A model generated the notes under the pieces. It searched no databases. It saw nothing but the letters and a program-made list of their open reading frames with translations, and was not told the DNA's origin. A stretch of 63,047 nt of DNA, filler included, from Octopus bimaculoides (Eukaryota), in assembly GCF_001194135.2 (NCBI RefSeq). It is 6 parts of 6 records of this genome, joined end to end, with 100 filler letters (N's around TTAATTAATTAA, not from the genome) between each part and the next. Parts side by side here need not be neighbours in the genome. Positions count along the whole stretch, not along the records: positions 1 to 13,238 come from NC_069006.1; positions 13,339 to 20,593 come from NC_069005.1; positions 20,694 to 28,903 come from NC_068987.1; 3 more parts are not named here. One strand, written 5' to 3'. The position numbers were made by a program, and so were the translations under genes. Shown piece after piece: positions 12,263 to 24,756 of the stretch (the stretch's first letter is position 1; every line of letters begins with the position of its first letter).

Positions 12263-13282
12263 TAAATATTAGAAATGATCCATTTCTAAATCTCTCAGAG
12301 AGACTTAAGCAGCAGTGTTACGATAAAGTAGTTGTATGCTGTCGACTTAACGTGACAGTCCCAACAAGGGAATCATACTACTGCTATTTAGCCCTAGGAA
12401 GCTGCACCACTTCCTGTCGGCCTTGACACATTTCTTGTGTCCTTATGTTTACGAGGGGGAGACAAGCACCTCCACNNNNNNNNNNNNNNNNNNNCCTGCC
12501 AAGCAAACGGGAAGCAATAATTGAAGTAGATGGTGAATATGCTCCGGAATAATCATTTAAAGATGTTTTTGTTAAATGTTGTTATTGTTTTTGATGAATA
12601 AAATTTGTTGAAAAAAGCCGCAATAATTATGCACCAACCCATTAAATATTAGAAATGATCCATTTCTAAATCTCTCAGAGAGACTTAAGCAGCAGTGTTA
12701 CGATAAAGTAGTTGTATGCTGTCGACTTAACGTGACAGTCCCAACAAGGGAATCATACTACTGCTATTTAGCCCTAGGAAGCTGCACCACTTCCTGTCGG
12801 CCTTGACACATTTCTTGTGTCCTTATGTTTACGAGGGGGAGACAAGCACCTCCACCCAGCCTAGCTTATTATTTGGAACTGTGTAAAAAAATTACTAACA
12901 TATTTTGTGTATTGTACCAATAGAAGTATAACCAGTTTTATTGCAGGTATATTTTTAATAAGAAACGAAATCTTATATGGGCCCCAGAGGGCCATATGCA
13001 ATTCGGTTGAAAACCACAGTTTCTGCTAAACATCCTGTTCTGTAATAGCTCTTAATTTCTTCGATCTTCAAATCAAATATAACAACCAGACCATTAATAG
13101 CTAATTCCAAATTATTCCTTTAGATTAATTTCTTTCCCACCACCGCCGCCGCCAACCCACCTCTCTCATTCACCTCATCCCTCCCCCCTACTTCCAGGAA
13201 ATTTATGTCACTGTGCCAATTTGGTGGTGGGGGGGGGGNNNNNNNNNNNNNNNNNNNNNNNNNNNNNNNNNNNNNNNNNNNN

Positions 13283-13294
13283 TTAATTAATTAA
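13283..13294. other. Assembly linker TTAATTAATTAA inside an N-gap (also 20638-20649, 28948-28959, 34308-34319, 61050-61061)
   Basis: Identical 12-mer with stops in all six frames, always centred in ~100-nt N runs. Confidence 0.95.
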
Positions 13295-13338
13295 NNNNNN
13301 NNNNNNNNNNNNNNNNNNNNNNNNNNNNNNNNNNNNNN

Positions 13339-13404
<66 letters not shown>

Positions 13405-14290
13405 GATAGATAGAGATTTAATTAGCTTGTATTGGTCTGTGTTATGTTACAAACACATACGCATACACATATACACACACACAATGCGTATACCTGTCAC
13501 CTTACCACTCATACATACACATCCACACATTTGTTTTTGTTTGCGTTTCTATGGATACGTACAGGCTGCATTATTCATTCTTCGGACATACAGGTCGGAG
13601 GAAGTTTAGTATATCACTGGGCATAGGCTAAGATGACAGTGGTGGTGGCAGGCGGTGGAAGCAGTGGTGATGGCAGGATTCAATTAGCATTGGTGGTGGT
13701 GGTGGTGGTGGTAGGTGTGGTTGTGGGGTGTTGTGGTGCTAGTGGAGGCCAGACAGTGGAATATATTTTTATCTCTATCTCCGTCCTGGTTGGTGGCAGA
13801 TTAGTCTGTCTTTTGTAAAAGTTGAGAGTTGGAGATTGTGGTGGGGAGAGAAATAAGTAGAAAGAAAGAGAGAGAGAGAGATAGCGAGAGAAGCAGATGG
13901 ACAGAGAGACAGCTAAGCAATGACCTGAAAAGAATAAGAGATGAGATGAAGAGATAAAAACCTGAAAGAGAGGGTCAGTGGTTTGGGTTGGTGGAAATAT
14001 ATGGTCAGTTCAGATATAGTAGATTTATAATCAAAGGTGTTCAAATTATAACTATCCCTGGTTATATATATATATATATATATTAAGTTAAATGTTTTTA
14101 AGAGATTAATTTTTTGGTAGTTTTTAACTTATTTAGTCCCTCGAAGCATGAGGCATTACTACACAGTTAATGCCCTTTATATAAATTATATATATTTATG
14201 GAAAAAAATGATGAATTTTTTTTTCATTATGAGGTTTTTTCACGCTGACTACTTGATAAATTCTTACAAAGATTTTATCCTATATTATAT

Positions 14291-14335
<45 letters not shown>

Positions 14336-14420
14336 ATACTGTTATGTATCCCTATAATATAATGAAGGGTGAGAACTTACCTTATATTTTCCGAAGGTGG
14401 CGAGAATCATACCCCTAGAG

Positions 14421-14449
14421 CAGGGGTTTTCAAACTTTTTGACTTGCGG
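14421..14449 (+). mobile_element. hAT(Charlie)-type left terminus running into a gap
   Basis: CAGGGGTTTTCAAACTTTTT resembles the hAT-Charlie TIR consensus; the rest is hidden by Ns. Confidence 0.45.
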
Positions 14450-15547
14450 NNNNNNNNNNNNNNNNNNNNNNNNNNNNNNNNNNNNNNNNNNNNNNNNNNN
14501 NNNNNNNNNNNNNNNNNNNNNNNNNNNNNNNNNNNNNNNNNNNNNNNNNNNNNNNNNNNNNNNNNNNNNNNNNNNNNNNNNNNNNNNNNNNNNNNNNNNN
14601 NNNNNNNNNNNNNNNNNNNNNNNNNNNNNNNNNNNNNNNNNNNNNNNNNNNNNNNNNNNNNNNNNNNNNNNNNNNNNNNNNNNNNNNNNNNNNNNNNNNN
14701 NNNNNNNNNNNNNNNNNNNNNNNNNNNNNNNNNNNNNNNNNNNNNNNNNNNNNNNNNNNNNNNNNNNNNNNNNNNNNNNNNNNNNNNNNNNNNNNNNNNN
14801 NNNNNNNNNNNNNNNNNNNNNNNNNNNNNNNNNNNNNNNNNNNNNNNNNNNNNNNNNNNNNNNNNNNNNNNNNNNNNNNNNNNNNNNNNNNNNNNNNNNN
14901 NNNNNNNNNNNNNNNNNNNNNNNNNNNNNNNNNNNNNNNNNNNNNNNNNNNNNNNNNNNNNNNNNNNNNNNNNNNNNNNNNNNNNNNNNNNNNNNNNNNN
15001 NNNNNNNNNNNNNNNNNNNNNNNNNNNNNNNNNNNNNNNNNNNNNNNNNNNNNNNNNNNNNNNNNNNNNNNNNNNNNNNNNNNNNNNNNNNNNNNNNNNN
15101 NNNNNNNNNNNNNNNNNNNNNNNNNNNNNNNNNNNNNNNNNNNNNNNNNNNNNNNNNNNNNNNNNNNNNNNNNNNNNNNNNNNNNNNNNNNNNNNNNNNN
15201 NNTATTATTTTGTTTAAAAGAGTTCCAACACTGTCTGTTTTTTTATGTTTTATTTATATTCCTGCAAAATCAATGTGGGATATAGAATATGGAATATACA
15301 ATATATAATATAATATACAATATATAATATAAAATAAAAATGGATGGTACTATGAAATAAAGTATTGAATGTCTTATTGAATATATGGAATATGTCTTAT
15401 TGAATAGATGAAATATTGAGTGTTCAATATAAAGAATTAAATATATAAAGGCGAATATGTATTTTCTATACCTTGTGGTATTTCATATTTTCTATACCTT
15501 GTGGTATTTCATCATGGCCGGTATATATATATATATATATAGAAAGT

Positions 15548-15728
15548 GTAAAGTCCCCCTTCAGTCATGAATGACCATGGGATTGCACCTAGAGTGTTCC
15601 CCTCTGAGGCACAAGTCTGGGCAAGGTTGTTTATGGGAGACCAGCAGTCATCCATGCATGCCAGACTCCCCTCTCTATACCACTAATGTTATCCAAGGTA
15701 AAGGCAAAGGCTGATGCAACTTGGAACC
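15548..15728 (-). mobile_element. SINE family F, 3' part
   Basis: Collinear with 17429-17610 (CCCCCTTCAGTCATGA.....ATGGGATTGCACCTAGA...GGGAAAGGCAAAGG). Confidence 0.85.
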
Positions 15729-15743
15729 ATGTTGTATCGATGA

Positions 15744-15784
<41 letters not shown>

Positions 15785-15889
15785 NNNNNNNNNNTATATA
15801 TATATATATATATATATATATTCATATATATACACACAGACAGGTAGGCACATTAAAGCAAAACAATGGAAAATATAGCACTTGCATAC

Positions 15890-16045
15890 TGAGTCTCCAT
15901 ACAGTTTCTATCAAGTTTGCTGACAAAGCAGTAGATGGCCCAGGGCTATTCTAGAAGACACTTTCAAAATGTTCCATGTAGTGGAATTGAACTCCAAACC
16001 ATGCAGTTGTAAAGTGAGCTTGTTAACTACACAGCCATGCATGCA
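15890..16045 (-). mobile_element. SINE family C 5' part, diverged
   Basis: Similar to 43640-43801 and 46070-46225 (GCTAT..TAGAAGACACTT...ACCATG...CACAGCCA). Confidence 0.65.
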
Positions 16046-16324
16046 TGCCTCTCTAACTCCCTCTCTGTTGTCATTTTCTAAGTTTGGTCCTTTTGTAGTG
16101 ATCGTGGCGTCGCTGCTGCTGGTGGTGGTCGTGGTGGTGGTCACTACGTCAGTTTCCATATATTTGAAGCAAGCCATCACAGAGGACACATGAGAAGAAG
16201 CCATTAATTTCTAGTTGTTTCCAGTGAAATAAATTAAACAAATAAACGAATAAAATAAAATGAATAATCATGCACTCCCTCCTCCCACCGCTACACGCAT
16301 CTCCCTTCTAAACAGGCATGCACT

Positions 16325-16355
<31 letters not shown>

Positions 16356-16930
16356 ACGCACATGTGACCACATACACATATATACATTCATACATACAGA
16401 GAAAGGTATTATTTACTTTTTTTGTTCACGAGGAGGTTTTTTTACTTTATTTTTGTAATACATTATCAAATTATTATATTTTTTGTGTTTATTTATTTTT
16501 AATTTGTCCACATCAACGAAATCATCATCATCATCAACAACACACACACAAACGCAAATGTCTTTGTATGTATGTATGTATGACAAGACAAGCTTCAATA
16601 AAGGCTGTATTAGTCTAATACCTAACAAGGAGGGAGAGAGTCTTGATGTATTGCATATTAGTCCTTCCTGAAAATAAAGGTTTTAACAAACAAAAATAAT
16701 GCCAAGATACTTGGAAATGTGTATGTGTGTATGTATATATATATATATATATATATATNNNNNNNNNNNNNNNNNNNNNNNNNNNNNNNNNNNNNNNNNN
16801 NNNNNNNNNNNNNNNNNNNNNNNNNNNNNNNNNNNNNNNNNNNNNNNNNNNNNNNNNNNNNNNNNNNNNNNNNNNNNNNNNNNNNNNNNNNNNNNNNNNN
16901 NNNNNNNNNNNNNNNNNNNNNNNNNNNNNN

Positions 16931-16990
<60 letters not shown>

Positions 16991-17009
16991 GTATATATAA
17001 TATATATAT

Positions 17010-17425
17010 GTGAGAAAACCCATCAAGCCAAGTGAAATCATAGTTGTGGACATTATCAGTGTCACATAATAGTCGCCCATGCTGGTGGCATGTGGCATGT
17101 CAAAAGCACCTTTCAAGTATTGGGCCTCATGGAGGCAATGATGAATGACCGAGACCTTTGGCATTATGTTATGCTTGAGAAGAAGACCCATCAAGCCAAG
17201 TAAAATTGCAGTCATGGCAGATACTGTTGTCATACAAATGGCACCTGTGCTGGTGGCACGTAAAAGCACCATTACACTTTCAGAGTGGTTGGCATTAGGA
17301 AGGGCAACCAGCCATAGAAACCATGCCAAATCAGACTGGAGTCTGGTGTAGCCCCTCACCTTACCAGCCCTGGTCAAACTGTTTAACTCATGCCAGCATG
17401 GACAACAGGCGTTAAATGATGTAAA
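17010..17425 (+). mobile_element. Retroposon/SINE family G with an internal ~165-bp duplication
   Basis: ACCCATCAAGCCAAGT.AAAT...TGCTGGTGGCA occurs at 17018 and 17186; ends CATGCCAGCATGGA...CGTTAAATGATG; related fragment at about 60255-60305. Confidence 0.65.
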
Positions 17426-17428
17426 TAG

Positions 17429-17750
17429 GGTGAAAACCCCCTTCAGTCATGAAGGACCATGTGCTGGGATTGCACCTAGAAGGTTCCTCTCTAAGGCACA
17501 AATCTGGACAAGGTTGTTTATGGAAGAGCAGTAGTCACCCATTCATACCAGCCTCTCCTCTCCATGTCACCGATGTTATCCAAGGGAAAGGCAAAGGCCA
17601 ATACAGCTTGGCACTAGAGACATCGCAGATCATTTCTACAGCTGAGTAAACTGAAGTAACATGAAATAAAGTGTCTTGCTCAAGAACAATACACACAGCC
17701 AAGTCCAAGAATCGAACTCACTACCTCATGATTGTGAACCTAACGCTATG
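17429..17750 (-). mobile_element. SINE family F, near full length (tRNA head + CORE-like domain)
   Basis: B-box GAGTTCGATTC and CTTGAGCAAGACACTT on the minus strand; second copy at 15548. Confidence 0.85.
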
Positions 17751-18276
17751 GCTTAGCTGGCCGAAACTCTGAAGTCACTATCAACAACATTCTTGTATAA
17801 GGATAATAAATTTGTGATCTGCAAAAGTATAGAGTAACCAGTGAGATTAATGTAAAATTGTTTTTATATTATAGCAATACAAAAGCAAAACATTAATATA
17901 TATGTGGGTATGTATGTATATATACATACATACATACATATTAGTTTATGTATATATTAATATTATCTCAGTTTTAAAAAACCTTTGACAATGTAAATAT
18001 GTTAATAGTTACCATAGGTAGCTAAAATTACACAAAAAAAACAAGATATCACACCCGTTTTTGGCCATGTAACATCTTAGCTCGTAATTTACCTCATCAT
18101 TTCGCATTTGTCTTGCTTTTATATGTTGATTCCCTGACGATGAATATATGTGGAATTCCAGCAGCTCTTACTTCTTTGAAGGAGAGCTCACATATATTTT
18201 GAAACATGTGTAGGAATTAAAGGAACTTTTATTTATATGCGTTTTGCTCCATTTATTGTTATTATTCATACATATA

Positions 18277-18324
<48 letters not shown>

Positions 18325-18340
18325 AAAATATATATATATA

Positions 18341-18372
<32 letters not shown>

Positions 18373-18604
18373 TCTTTAAAAAATGTATGTGTATATATAT
18401 ATTTATGTTCAAATCCCCAAGTCAATACCAAATATACTATCTTTAATAAAATAGTGTGTTCACACACACTCACACACACTGATGTATGTATATTAAACCA
18501 TTGATATCCAGATGTTAAATGTGAAGTAGAGATTCTACTCTTTTATTATTACCATTTTTTAAAACCTTTTTCTTTCTTTATTCCTTGTTCTATCAACCCC
18601 CATC

Positions 18605-18642
<38 letters not shown>

Positions 18643-18796
18643 CTCTTTTTCTTTCTCTCCTTCTATCTTGTTTTTTTTTCTCCTTCTTTTATCAAACAAT
18701 CCAATAATGAGAGAAGCACTTCAAGCCATTTCTTCATTCCTCCAAGAATCCATACCATTATTATTGCCGTCTATTTTCATTATTATTGACCTCATT

Positions 18797-18960
18797 TATT
18801 ATCATCATCATCATCATCATCATCATTATTATTATTATCATTATTATTATCATCATCATCATCATCATCATCACCATCATTATTATTATTATCATTATTA
18901 TTATTACTATCGTTATTGTTATCATTGTTGTTGTTCAGGTTATTGTTGTTGTTGTTAATA
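18797..18960. repeat. (ATT)n/(ATC)n microsatellite
   Basis: Direct reading; source of the poly-H/Y/I pseudo-ORFs. Confidence 0.95.
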
Positions 18961-19445
18961 TTATTTCAACGTTTTCCAAATATATTACTACGTGAATAAT
19001 CCTTGTTCATTTCTATCCTTTGTGGTCGTGGTGGTGTTTCTAGCAGTAGTGGTAGTACTAGAATTAGTATTAGTAATATTAGTAGTAGTAGTAGTATTAG
19101 TAGTAGTAGTAGTAGTAGCAGTAGTATTGTCTATTTTAAAGTTTTTCTATAATTCTGTCCTTGTATTTTAAAAATTTTGTTTGATGTTTATTGCTTTGCC
19201 ATTGTTTGATTTTTCGTTTCATTATTGTTTTTACACTCCCCTGCTCCACCCCTTCTCCTTCCTCTTCATCATCTATCACTCTCCTTTCTTTCTTTCCTTC
19301 TTTCTTTCCTTCTTTCTTTCCTTCCTTCTTTCTTTCCTTCTTTCTTTCTCTCCTTCTTTACTCATTCAGGAATTGGAAGACTTAGAAAAATCCTTTGTCT
19401 TTGGCCCAATAACACCTTGTAAAAGACTTTTATTCTGTACTGATT

Positions 19446-19720
<275 letters not shown>

Positions 19721-19889
19721 CATACATACATACCTTCATGCATATATGTGTATGTATATATGTATACGTACATATGTGTGTGTTTGTATATACGTATCTA
19801 TGTATATATTTATATATATAAATAAATATATATTTTACATGTATATATGTATATATTTTTGTAATTGTGTATATTTATATATTGCTTGT

Positions 19890-19924
<35 letters not shown>

Positions 19925-20033
19925 TACAGTTCATCTGTATCTTAAATTGATTGTCCTTTACGAATGCCCTCCCAATTCATGCACACACACACACACTTAC
20001 GTATACAAAAACCCATAATAAACACACCATATG

Positions 20034-20065
<32 letters not shown>

Positions 20066-23000
20066 TGAAACCGCATATTCACATACACACAGACATCAAC
20101 AGAATAAGAAACACATACTTACACACAGATACACAAGCACATACACACACTGTTTCTCTCACACACACACACTCTTTCACACACACACACACACACACTC
20201 TCCAACAGATATAATCAATTGCTTATATCCATTTCTATATTGATGAGGATAACTTGAAGAATCTTCAAGATTTCGAAAAATTGGTGGTGCCAAGGAGATT
20301 GGTTAGGATAGAGTCGGATCAGGGTTGGCCAGGTGGTGGTAGTGTTGGTGGTGGAGTTGGAGGAGGAGGGATGGGATTTTGGTATTTATTGATTTATGCA
20401 TTTAAAAAAAAAAATATTTGCTGAAGTTGTCGTAGAATTACTTATCACTTGTACTTGTGTGTGTGTGTGGGCTTGGGAGGTTTGGGAATAAATATAATAA
20501 GGATAGAATAAGAGGTGGTGGTGGTGGTGGTGGTGATGGTAGTGGAGGTAGTGGTAGGAATGGTGGCGGCGGTGCTGGTGGAGATGTGGTGTTNNNNNNN
20601 NNNNNNNNNNNNNNNNNNNNNNNNNNNNNNNNNNNNNTTAATTAATTAANNNNNNNNNNNNNNNNNNNNNNNNNNNNNNNNNNNNNNNNNNNNATATATA
20701 TATATATATATATATACTTTTGGCAAGCTACCACGCCATTCATCTCGGCAGTAGCTGTATTGATTAACCATAGACGATTACAATCCTACATTCAATAAAT
20801 TTCCATTGAAGTTTATCTTTAGTGTTCTGGTTTAGGATTGTGGGGCTAGGTTTGGGTTTAGAATTACTCGAAGAAGAGAAAATCTTTAAAAAAAAATTAG
20901 ATTTTTGTCCTTTTTTCTGCCATGCTCCATGTTTCGAACATGGAAATCGAAAATAAATTTTCTGATTATATTAAAAATTAGAAATATACGTAGAATGTCA
21001 TTGTATGATGCTGCTGCAATAGTATTATTCTATTTCTGTTTACGCTGGGTTATTGAAATGCCAGCAACATTTTAGTTAAAAAAGAAATTTTACTTTACAA
21101 ATAACATTATTTTTGTGTATGTTATTTTACAAATAAAATATACATTACGTTAAAATTATAGGTTTATTCACAGTTACGATGAGTCTTATTCAGCAATTTG
21201 GCTACAAACTGCATTCGTTTAGGCAACGCCGGGTATTTCTCTTGTCTGTGCCAGCAGTTTCATCCTATAGGACAGTGAGCCGTTTAATGATCCCTTTAAC
21301 GTATGGTCTTCCACTTCGGTCACACATGTTAGTTTTACATATTAGTCCGAAGTCAATAAGATTGCCTTATTTCGAACGACGATTCAACCAAATTAATGTA
21401 TTTTGAAGTCTCTAATGGAACACTATGCTAGCAAATACAAAACCAAGTCTAAAACAGCTGCAGGAGATATCGTTCATTTTACTAATACCAAAGCGTCCTA
21501 AGTTAAAACACGCATTGCTATCACAGCGTACCCTAGCATTAAATTTACAAGACAATCGGTATATTGCCAATCGCAGTTGCAAGAACTCTGCTTCCAAGAC
21601 TCTCGCCAGATGAAAATTATTTCGGGAAGTTAACGTTGATATATAAGTAACCCGAAATCTTCAAAAACTGCAAACTGGAATTTAATAATTCAGTCGCTGG
21701 AATCAGATTTCCATTCATTCAGTTTACCAATTAGGTTTTTTCTTTATTGCGAAGCCAATTGTTCCCTCATTTTCCATATGCTTGCTTGCGATTCCAACAG
21801 AAATCATAATCGCAAACTATTTCATTTTGCTGAATTACCGCAAGTTATTTTGTCTCCGAAAGAGCAATAATGATATATTTTTTACATCTTGGTCTCTGCT
21901 GGAACGGAGGTAATTCTCCGTTCTGTCCAAAGGAAAATCATTTCCTATTCCGACAGCACATACCCATATTCCAACTACACATACCTAGATGTAAATTTTG
22001 TTTATATATTTTTTCTTGTTAGTCACGCTAAAATGAGTAGCTGTCAGCCGCGTTTAAACGATCCCGCTTGTGATTGGGATACGTTGTTTTTTTTTCAATG
22101 AAGCGGTAAATTCTAAAAGGCATTTCAATTAATATTTACAAGACATAATTTAAGAAAAAAATTGATATTCAATACATTGGTTTGGCGCCAATCTTAACAT
22201 TTGGCGATCTTTTATTTGTCTCCCCTTCTTTGGAAATATTTCTACTTAGTGAATCTTCTGCGTTGTCATTTAAACCATGAATGAAGTCACTGAAATAAGC
22301 AGGAATAACTTTTATAATGTATTTTAACATTTTTCTTTATTCATAATATTAGAGCTGAATTTAATGACTCATGTGCACCGGATTTTTTGAAGTTAAAAAG
22401 TAACTTGTAAATCGGAATTCCTACACGGCACATATATCTCCGTCAAATTACATTGATCAAACAATACTTGTCCATGAAATATAGATGTAGTTCCTTTCAC
22501 AACACTCTTAAAAAGTCAGTTCTTGATCCCAGTTGAGTTAGACGAATTTATGAGGTAAGAGTTATTTAGAAAGACAGTATTTCACGCCACGTTAATGCAT
22601 TTAATACATTTTCAATAAAATCTTTTGAAATTGTCAGTAAATAAACTAAACAACATTTATATTTCCAATAATGTTTCATACAAAAAAACTGGGATCAGGA
22701 AAAATCAGTTTATGTTTTTTAACGAAGATATAGTATACTACCAAACAGAAGGGTCTCTCATACGCAAGCAATATAAGGTAAATAATTTGCAGTAAAAAAA
22801 ATTGAACGCTTTAGTGCAGGACTGGTTCACTTTCAGAAAAATCTAACATGATGTTGGTCATGAAAATGTAATAACAAAAGTAAACATGATACATTTTTGT
22901 ACTTTTATTAATGTGCGTTGAGTTCATTTTCAAAAATATTGTGAGAAAGAGGAAATATACTCACGCTTTTGATTTGCATATTTTTCACAGTCCCTTTCTG

Positions 23001-23174
23001 TTTCTTTGTTTTTCTATAATGTCTCTCAGTGTCTTCTATTTATTCTTATCAAATGTTTGGCATACTTTGCAAAATCTTCACAGTACAACCAATCGATTGG
23101 ATTTGGTGGATGCGGTATGTGTGTATGTGAGAAAGTATTTATCTATACTTGTCTGCCTATATATACGTATATAT

Positions 23175-23389
23175 AAGGCGGTGAACTGGCAGGATTGTTA
23201 GCACGCCGGGCGAAATGCTTAGCGGTATTTCGTCTGTCTTTACGTTCTAAGTTTAAATTCCGCCGTGGTCGACTTTGCCTTTCATCATTTCGGGATCGAT
23301 GAATTAAGGACCAACTGTGTACTGGGGTCGATCTAAGTGACTGGCCCCACTCCCCCAGAATTTCGGGCCTTGTGCCTAGAGTAGAAAAG
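23175..23389 (+). mobile_element. SINE family A, full length
   Basis: AAGGCGGTGAACTGGCAG...GGTCGACTTTGCCTTTCATC..TTCGGG.TCGAT...GTAGAAAAG; very similar to 41012-41230. Confidence 0.92.
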
Positions 23390-23601
23390 TATATGTATGT
23401 ATATATATTTTGACCGTGTTTTTCCTTAATTGTTTGAATTGGTTTTACAAAAGTAAATTTCGATTTTTCTACTAAATAATACTTTGTCATTAGAGTACAA
23501 TCAATAACATCAACATCAGTAGATACTAAGATGCAAGGACTTTAAAAAATTGTGCATCCTTCATTTGTTTCACTTACAGTAGAGACTTGTAGAATACATA
23601 A

Positions 23602-23814
23602 GTTTCAAACATTGGCACAAAACTAGCAATTCCGGGAGAGAGGGATTAGTCGATTATATAGATCCCAGTGTTCAGCTGGTACTTATTTTATCGACTCCGA
23701 AATGATGAAAGGCAACGTCGTCCTCGGCGGAATTTAAACTCAGAGCACAAAGAGGATGAAATGCAGCTAAGTATTTTGCCGGCCGTGATAACAATTCTGC
23801 CAACTCACTGCCTT
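23602..23814 (-). mobile_element. SINE family A, full length, diverged
   Basis: Reverse complement collinear with 23175-23389. Confidence 0.85.
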
Positions 23815-23824
23815 GCAGAATATA

Positions 23825-24033
23825 TTAATTTCAAATATTGGTGCAAGGCCTCCAATTGCTGGGAAGAGGACATAGTCGATCACAAGTGTTCAACTACTAC
23901 TTATTTTATCGACTCCGCAAGGTTGAAAAGCAAAGTCGGCTTCGGTGGTATTTGAACTCAGAATGTAAAGACGGACAAAATACCGCATAGCATTTTGTCC
24001 AGCGTGCTAAGGATTTTGCTGGCTCACCGCCCC
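23825..24033 (-). mobile_element. SINE family A, full length, diverged (tandem with the previous copy)
   Basis: Reverse complement collinear with 23175-23389. Confidence 0.85.
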
Positions 24034-24724
24034 GAAATTGTAGAATATATTAAATAATCTTTGTCCCTGTATGAAAACGCGAATGGCTCAAATTATAAGT
24101 AATTCAAATTATAAGTAAAAACAAACTTCGCCAATGAATATAAGTACATGCATGTAATTATCTATGAACGTATGCTTTTCGCAGAATTTTAAAATGTCAT
24201 TCTCGAATTCTACAAAGAAAATTTCATTAACAAACTGACAAATATGTTTTTGATTCAATTTCTGGGAACAGAATCTTTAGACTGTTAGATATAATGTTTC
24301 GTAGTTTTTATTCCAGCTTGCTGTACATTGAATTAAAATCCTGTCGATGTGAACTTCGCTTTTCATCCGTTCAATTATTGGGTGAAATATTTTCAGCAGC
24401 TTTTCAAGTTCTTTATGTTCTGAAATTGAAGCTTGAAATGATAGCGGTGCCCTGCTGTACTGACACTAAAGTGTCAACATTTCCCTTGGATAAATATCGT
24501 TGACTTGGGATACTATATTCCCACTAAAATCTTTTCTCAGGAATCGCATATAGATACATTATACATAACCAAGCATGGTGGAGAAGACTAGTGAGCCTGT
24601 CTAGCGCGTAATCAGCTCTTATTTTAAGTGTTCACTAATGACAAGTCTAGCCATGAACATGCGACTATTTCAGAGAAGTTGGTTTTTTAGATTTATTTCA
24701 GAAGAGATGGTACCTTATTATTAA

Positions 24725-24756
<32 letters not shown>

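Noticed and set aside
12115-12855. Perfect 361-bp direct duplication (12115-12475 = 12495-12855)
   Set aside because: The copies are identical and separated only by a 19-N gap, the classic signature of unmerged overlapping contig ends.
13283-13294. TTAATTAATTAA palindrome recurring five times as a possible regulatory or recombination site
   Set aside because: Always embedded in N runs; an artificial six-frame-stop linker.
15460-15511. Perfect 26-bp tandem duplication (also 16 bp x2 at 27889-27920)
   Set aside because: Ordinary replication-slippage duplications.
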